Assembly (NCBI GenBank): GCA_965602015.1
Contig: OZ271918.1
Span: 1,088,001 to 1,152,000 of the forward strand
From: Salinispira sp.
GTDB taxonomy: Bacteria > Spirochaetota > Spirochaetia > DSM-27196 > Salinispiraceae
DNA length: 64,000 nucleotides
Direction of reading: 5' to 3'
Position 1 is the stretch's first letter. Each line of letters starts with the position of its first letter. A program made the position numbers and the translations under genes. The notes beneath the pieces are model-generated. The model saw only the letters and a list, made by a program, of their open reading frames with translations. It did not search any database and was not told the DNA's origin. Positions 58,722 to 64,000 of the stretch are shown here, piece after piece.

Positions 58722-59665
58722 TGCAGGTTGTCCTCTACCAGATATTCCCTCAGATCGTCTTCATTGAGGTATGCCTGAACCGATGTTTTACTCCAGGGCT
58801 CCCTCATGCTGTCGGGGACTTTTTGGCGGATGAGCTGATATGCCTGAAGATTCTCGCTGAACTCGGCGTTCCTGAGGGCCGATTCGATGGTCTCAAGATA
58901 TTTTGTTAGAAACCGCCGGATATTGTGATGGGCTGCCAGGCGTGTTTTTCTGGCCTCGGGGGTGAACACATTGAGCGTCTGGCAGATCGCCTGATACTTA
59001 CAGTTTATCGGGTAGAACGGATAGCTGCGCTGCTTCTCGGCGAGAAACAGCTTGGAGAAAAACTTGGTGAGCTCCCGGTCAAGCCAGATTCCCTGTACGA
59101 AATAGCCCCGGCCGGTCTCGCCGATCCAGGTATCCGAAATGCTTTGCTCGATGAACAGGGCGGGAAAGCCGTCGATCTTGCTGATTTCTCCAATGGGGAT
59201 AATATCCGCCTCCACAATTATCCGGTTTGTGCGGAATTCCGGCGAACGATCATTGCTGCCTTCTTTTAGCACCTCATGGTGGCTGGGATGAAAAGTGACA
59301 TCGAATTTCAGTTGGTACATGTAACTGGCATCCTGAATTTTATAAAGCTGATAGAATGTCGGGCGGTGTACATCTGTGGGGTCGAAGTAATACTTCATCC
59401 CGTTGAGAAATCCCGGGAGACTTTCCATCACCCCTTCGACCACCCTGGTTATGGTGGTGCTGTATTCCTTGCTAGGTTCGGGATTCCTGACGTCATGATG
59501 TATGGGCATTGATGGAACGATGAGAGGTTTATCAGATTTGAGAAACATCTCCTCGCTGGAATTATAATGGCAACTGTACTGTTTTATCTCAGAATGGTCC
59601 CTGCCGATGATCTCATTGATGCGCTGGTTTGTGTTTCCAACAATTAGATGCTTTGAACTGGCCAT
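58718..59665 (-). CDS. Hypothetical protein, translationally coupled to murD
   Basis: 315-aa ORF whose stop overlaps the murD start; no recognised motif. Confidence 0.7.
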   Translation of the reverse strand: MASSKHLIVGNTNQRINEIIGRDHSEIKQYSCHYNSSEEMFLKSDKPLIVPSMPIHHDVRNPEPSKEYSTTITRVVEGVMESLPGFLNGMKYYFDPTDVHRPTFYQLYKIQDASYMYQLKFDVTFHPSHHEVLKEGSNDRSPEFRTNRIIVEADIIPIGEISKIDGFPALFIEQSISDTWIGETGRGYFVQGIWLDRELTKFFSKLFLAEKQRSYPFYPINCKYQAICQTLNVFTPEARKTRLAAHHNIRRFLTKYLETIESALRNAEFSENLQAYQLIRQKVPDSMREPWSKTSVQAYLNEDDLREYLVEDNLH

Positions 59666-59759
59666 GATATATTAAACTATAAGCAATAAACCGGCCTTTG
59701 TACATTGTGAGCGATCGATTGTATAATGGCCTCCGGAATCGGAGTAGAAGGAGTTAAGG

Positions 59760-60944
59760 ATGAAAAAAGTACTGCTGCTGGCGATGACACTGCTGCTTCT
59801 GCATACCCTCACGGTTTCGGCTCAGGAAGACGAGGAAGTCTTCGGGGTCATCCTCTTTGCCGAGGGCGCTCAGCTGAGTATTTTTCGGCAAGGGGAGCTT
59901 CTTCGCTACGACCTTTTCGAGGATGACGTGCTCGGCATGCCTCTTCTTCAGGGCGATATGGTCCAGACTGAAGATAATAGTTTTGTGGAAATACAAATGC
60001 TTCCCAGCGAGAGCGTAGTCAAAGTCGCTGAAAACACAACCTTTGAGATCACTTCAATCGGGAACCAGGGCGGCGGCAGTTTCGAGTTGCTGTACGGCCG
60101 GGTCCGGGCGAAGGTGAGCCGGTTAAACGACGAACAGTTTCAGATACGGGGTCGCTCGGCCATTGCCGGTGTGCGTGGAACGGATTTTGGATACGACTAT
60201 GTGACAAGAATAGGCGAATCCGTTACACCTACAACCTCGGTGTACTGCTTCGAAGGTTCGGTGGAAGTAGTCGGCGGTCAGAACGATGCCATTGCGGATG
60301 CTAACGGCTCTCCCGGCCAGGATGAAGTAGAACCCGACGGCGTGCTAATAGAGGCATTTGAAATGGTTGCGGTCAGCGAAGACCGGTCCGCAGGCCCCTT
60401 GACCCCGGTGGAAGTCCGATTCGATGCCCGTCAGATAGATCAGGAAATAACCGACTACTGGAGGGACAACTCCTTCAAATCGGTCGCGGTGAATCCCAAG
60501 GAAATCGAAAACGTATTTCCGAGCATCAAGGAGGACCTGCGGGCCGCAAAAGCCCAGGCTGCTTTGGCCGCTGAAAAACGGGCATTTTTGGCAAGCGGTC
60601 AGACCCTCAGGGCCTTCAGGGAATCACGGCAACAGGCCGCTGCCCTTCAGACGCCCGCACCCGCCAGGGATCCCTTTCCCCTGATTCAACCGATATCTGT
60701 TGCCAGCCTCATCCCGGAAATTCAGACCGTCGCCTATCAGGCCAACGGACTGCGGGTGGCCGGAGCATTTATGGGTACCCTCGGCGTGCTGGCTGAGACC
60801 GCGGGAATCCTGTTCACGTTTTACTCGGAGGAGTTGGGTCTGGATTCGGCATTCTCGGAAAACTATGGTCCGGCGCTAATGGGAGCCGGAGGTGTGAGTT
60901 TGTCTATCGGCCTCATCTCTTTGCTGATTGATTTAGCCCGATAG
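59760..60944 (+). CDS. FecR-domain exported/membrane protein
   Basis: GD.VQT, LLYGRVRAKV, AGVRGTDF, VYCFEGSVEV; two C-terminal TM helices. Confidence 0.8.
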   Translation: MKKVLLLAMTLLLLHTLTVSAQEDEEVFGVILFAEGAQLSIFRQGELLRYDLFEDDVLGMPLLQGDMVQTEDNSFVEIQMLPSESVVKVAENTTFEITSIGNQGGGSFELLYGRVRAKVSRLNDEQFQIRGRSAIAGVRGTDFGYDYVTRIGESVTPTTSVYCFEGSVEVVGGQNDAIADANGSPGQDEVEPDGVLIEAFEMVAVSEDRSAGPLTPVEVRFDARQIDQEITDYWRDNSFKSVAVNPKEIENVFPSIKEDLRAAKAQAALAAEKRAFLASGQTLRAFRESRQQAAALQTPAPARDPFPLIQPISVASLIPEIQTVAYQANGLRVAGAFMGTLGVLAETAGILFTFYSEELGLDSAFSENYGPALMGAGGVSLSIGLISLLIDLAR

Positions 60945-61101
60945 CCTCCCGGCACATTGCCGGTCGTTAAAACGGAAGGCTTCAGCTGCCTGATACACCC
61001 TGGTCGGCAGAACTGCCTCAGCTTTCGAGGCTGCATGGTATTTGGGATTTTGCCAACCCGGGGATTGCAGTCACGGCCGTGTTTCCGCCGCCCCTGTGAG
61101 C

Positions 61102-62583
61102 TCAGAGTTCTTCTGACTCAAATTCAACGATTTTCCAGCCCCGTCGGAATTCCCGGAGCAACAGCTCATCTCTTCTGCGGCTAGGTATAAGAGTATTTTC
61201 CTGGGCTGCGGGATCCCAAATGGTATACTCCGCAGCAAACTCAATACTCGGTCTTCCTTCTGCATCGGTGAACCGTCGTTGTTCGCTGAGCTCAAGGTCG
61301 GTCAGCCCGAACACCAGGTTCCGCTCTAAGGGAGGCCTGGTTTCTTCATCCAAATCCAGCCAGACCGGGGCCGGGATAAACACCGACTGCATCTCGGTGC
61401 CTTCCCGTACCACAGAGACTGCATAAATATGGATGATCCGGCGTATTTCGCTCCTGGCCGCATCATCCGCGGTTGCCTCGCTCATGAACTCATGCCCGAG
61501 ATTGTTGTAGGAATCGTAGAATCCCGCCACAACCTCGGCGGGGCTCAGGCCGGTTATCATAAGATCACGGGTAAAATTCTGGATAACCGTGATTCCTGCG
61601 GCAATAAACACGATAGCGGACAGGGTAATTGCCGTAACGGCAACCGAATGCCGGCGAATCCAATTTACGGCCTGTACCTGCTTCATTCGAGTGCGGTACC
61701 GGCGAATTTGCGGGTTATCCGAGGCGGCGCGGCGGTCGGCGACGGCGCGGCGGTCGGCGGCGCGGCGGTCGGTATCAGCATAGATGCTCGGGTCCCGGTC
61801 TGGATGCACCGCCGGGGGCTCATCGGCGAGTCGCTGCAGGATTGTATCAATAGCCTCCGGCGGATTTTCCGCTTCCATAACCAGCGCAGCATCGATCCAG
61901 TCGGAGATTTCATCGGGAAGGCCGGGATCGATCAGTTCCAGCGGGACTGCCAGCATTTTACGCTGCATCCGGCTCAGGTGATGTGGTTCAAGGAACGCGT
62001 AGGGCCAGACCCTGGTCAGCACATATTCAAGAGCACATGCCAGATAGAACTGTACTATCCTCGGCTTCTCGAACATATCCGGATCGGGGTAATTGATCAC
62101 CCGGTACCCTTTGCTCAGACTCCGCTCGGTTTCATATGAACTGAGAACCCGGCTCCACTGTTCGGGTATGAGCAGGATGCTCGCATCGTCGCAGTAGAGG
62201 ATGTGCTGGGGATTTACCCGTTCGGGGAGAAGATCCAAATTTTCCCTGAACATCAAGAACAGAAGAGAGAAAAAATCCGCTTTTTCACGGGAAAATGTAT
62301 CCCGCTGTCCCAGATAATCGCTGAGGGTATGGCCGGAAAAATATCCCGAAAGAACTATATGCACACGGGAATCCAAGGCCAGGATTTGATAAATGGGAAC
62401 GACAGTGGCGGTCATGCTTCTTCCGTCTGTGTCCCGCCTAATAAGCATGGCGCCGCCGGTAAGGTTTTGCCGAAGCTTTGCAATTCCTGGACCGCTGGCG
62501 CTGATTCCCGTGTCGACGGCGGTGAATTGCGTTCTGTCGATATCCAGGCGATGAAATAAATTATGCGAATCAATGAGCTGCAT
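61102..62583 (-). CDS. Membrane protein with a degenerate Ser/Thr kinase-like N-domain and an exported C-domain
   Basis: VNPQHIL, FYLACALEYVLTRVWPY and LELIDPGLPDEISDWI resemble the Hanks kinase C-lobe; one TM; start uncertain (62583 or 62619). Confidence 0.55.
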   Translation of the reverse strand: MQLIDSHNLFHRLDIDRTQFTAVDTGISASGPGIAKLRQNLTGGAMLIRRDTDGRSMTATVVPIYQILALDSRVHIVLSGYFSGHTLSDYLGQRDTFSREKADFFSLLFLMFRENLDLLPERVNPQHILYCDDASILLIPEQWSRVLSSYETERSLSKGYRVINYPDPDMFEKPRIVQFYLACALEYVLTRVWPYAFLEPHHLSRMQRKMLAVPLELIDPGLPDEISDWIDAALVMEAENPPEAIDTILQRLADEPPAVHPDRDPSIYADTDRRAADRRAVADRRAASDNPQIRRYRTRMKQVQAVNWIRRHSVAVTAITLSAIVFIAAGITVIQNFTRDLMITGLSPAEVVAGFYDSYNNLGHEFMSEATADDAARSEIRRIIHIYAVSVVREGTEMQSVFIPAPVWLDLDEETRPPLERNLVFGLTDLELSEQRRFTDAEGRPSIEFAAEYTIWDPAAQENTLIPSRRRDELLLREFRRGWKIVEFESEEL

Positions 62584-63442
62584 CGGCACCGGTTCCTCCG
62601 CTTCGTAGGGCCTTCTCATAACTTACTGCAAGATACTCTACAACGGAAGAATCATTTTTGTCATATTCTGCGGAATTCCCCCGGGCCAGGATTACCGGTC
62701 TGCATTGGCGGTGAAGCAGTAGAGAGAGGACTGCTGCGCAGCTGATTCCGGCCCCGGGCAATTCCAATCGGCGATGGGCGGCCATCATCTCTTCCCAGCG
62801 GCCCTCAAGAAGGAGGTTGGAGAATACTCCTGCCTGCCGTGCGGCGATATCTCGCGGAATTGCCGGCGTGGGATTCGCACTCGCGATATACAGGGTAGGC
62901 ACGGGATTGTCCGCTTCCATGGCGTGCAGGGCCGAAGCAAGTGCCTTTACACCAACAGTGCTTTTGGCATGCAGCAAAATGGGGACTATGCGGGAATCGG
63001 GATACAAATACTGAATCCATGGAAGCTGCAGCTCTATTCCCTGTTCCTGAAGATGGGCTACCTCGGATATTTCAGCCAGGGTCGAGGAGCTCATGAGGAA
63101 TTCCAGCGCTGCCACATCGACAGCGCTGACCCCCGCGGGAGTACGAAAGGCGGTGCTTTCCGGCAGAAGGAAACTGTCCCGGGCGGCGTCTTTGTATGGA
63201 GATATAATGACGATGCGCTGAAAATCGTCAGAACGGATGCGCTTGTACGCCTCCGCCGACAAGCCGGAAATAAAATCCATGCCGGCATATGGCGCTAAGA
63301 GTCCTTTGACTTCACTGCTAACTGTGGACGCGTTTTGCAGGCTTCGCTGAATCAGCTCTCTGAGAGAATCCCGGTTTTCCGGGTAGAATAGTCCTTCGGC
63401 TACCGGCTCTCTGACCAGCTCGCGTTTCCAGGGATCGGGCAT
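62570..63442 (-). CDS. Memo / AmmeMemoRadiSam protein B family, degenerate metal site
   Basis: REPVAEGLFYP, APYAG, F.TP.G...VD, HLQEQGIELQLPWIQ, IVPI, VVEY. Confidence 0.8.
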   Translation of the reverse strand: MPDPWKRELVREPVAEGLFYPENRDSLRELIQRSLQNASTVSSEVKGLLAPYAGMDFISGLSAEAYKRIRSDDFQRIVIISPYKDAARDSFLLPESTAFRTPAGVSAVDVAALEFLMSSSTLAEISEVAHLQEQGIELQLPWIQYLYPDSRIVPILLHAKSTVGVKALASALHAMEADNPVPTLYIASANPTPAIPRDIAARQAGVFSNLLLEGRWEEMMAAHRRLELPGAGISCAAVLSLLLHRQCRPVILARGNSAEYDKNDSSVVEYLAVSYEKALRSGGTGADAAH

Positions 63443-63457
63443 AGGTAAAAGTATGGG

Positions 63458-64000
63458 TTATTCTGAAGGCCCCTTCAATAGTCGTCCGAGGCGATTCTCA
63501 TCGGCCTTGATAAATAGGTTCTTTTCCTGGGTGGGGAGTACCATACCGGTCTTTCCGGTCTTCGGTCGGCGAAGGTATTTGACCTGGGTGTAATACATGT
63601 CGGCCTGCCCGTTTGCCCGGGCCTTGCTAAAATGCAGGGCGAGGTTTCCCGCATCCAGAAGTACCTCAAGGGGTATGCTTTTTCCCGCACGGCTTTTTAT
63701 AAATACATAGCCGCCGGGGTAATCCCGGGTGTGCAGCCATGTGTCGTTTCCCCTGGTGTATCGGCGGAGGAGGGCATCGTTCTCTCTGGCGTTGCGGCCC
63801 ACAAGCAGCCTGAAACCGCCGCTGGTGAATTCCAATCCCGGCGCGGCGTCCCTTTCTTCACTCCGGGCTCTGCTGCCCGCGGCCTCATCCATCAGCTCCT
63901 TAAGCTCGATTAATCGCTGAAGGGTTGTGGACTGATCCGCAAGCTCGTTCAGAATTTCTGTTATTTCCTTTATTTGCCGACGGATTTGATCGGCCTCCTG
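63458..64000 (-). CDS. NFACT/RqcH (FbpA-like) ribosome quality-control protein, C-terminal part, truncated by the window end
   Basis: VGRNAREND.L, DTWLHTRDYPGGYV, YTQVKYLRRPK (NFACT-R domain); the frame stays open to base 64000. Confidence 0.88.
   Translation of the reverse strand, partial: QEADQIRRQIKEITEILNELADQSTTLQRLIELKELMDEAAGSRARSEERDAAPGLEFTSGGFRLLVGRNARENDALLRRYTRGNDTWLHTRDYPGGYVFIKSRAGKSIPLEVLLDAGNLALHFSKARANGQADMYYTQVKYLRRPKTGKTGMVLPTQEKNLFIKADENRLGRLLKGPSE

Overview
A gene-dense, fairly GC-rich bacterial chromosomal segment with about 46 CDS. It is probably from a free-living spirochete (Spirochaetales); this is inferred from the protein families and the 'AFAGGG/ANGAGEE' signal-peptide style. 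No rRNA, tRNA, CRISPR array, transposase or prophage was recognised. Main blocks: (1) trpS-HAD-mutY. (2) A 12-gene minus-strand cluster (2.8-14.9 kb): Liv-type ABC importer, two atypical KAS III (FabH-like) proteins, SDR, CoA-transferase, thiolase, alpha/beta hydrolase and a tandem double-TetR, with two copies of a shared near-palindromic candidate operator. (3) A TM287/288-type ABC exporter. (4) A sugar ABC importer, SAM methyltransferase, CDP-alcohol phosphotransferase-FkbM fusion, LtaS/sulfatase-fold membrane enzyme, crtI-like desaturase and EamA. (5) Phosphohexomutase and a REC-STAS-like-REC regulator with a hybrid kinase. (6) Mostly housekeeping and cell-wall genes (dapL, dinB, ddl, murE, orphan DNA adenine MTase, hflKC, metG, femX-like, add, murD). 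(7) An rqcH/NFACT - degenerate Memo - membrane pseudokinase run. The best candidates for undescribed biology are the dual-KASIII cluster, the CDP-AP/FkbM/LtaS-like locus, the terminal pseudo-enzyme run and a recurring leaderless-promoter architecture. All calls come from motif recognition by eye; no database search was run.
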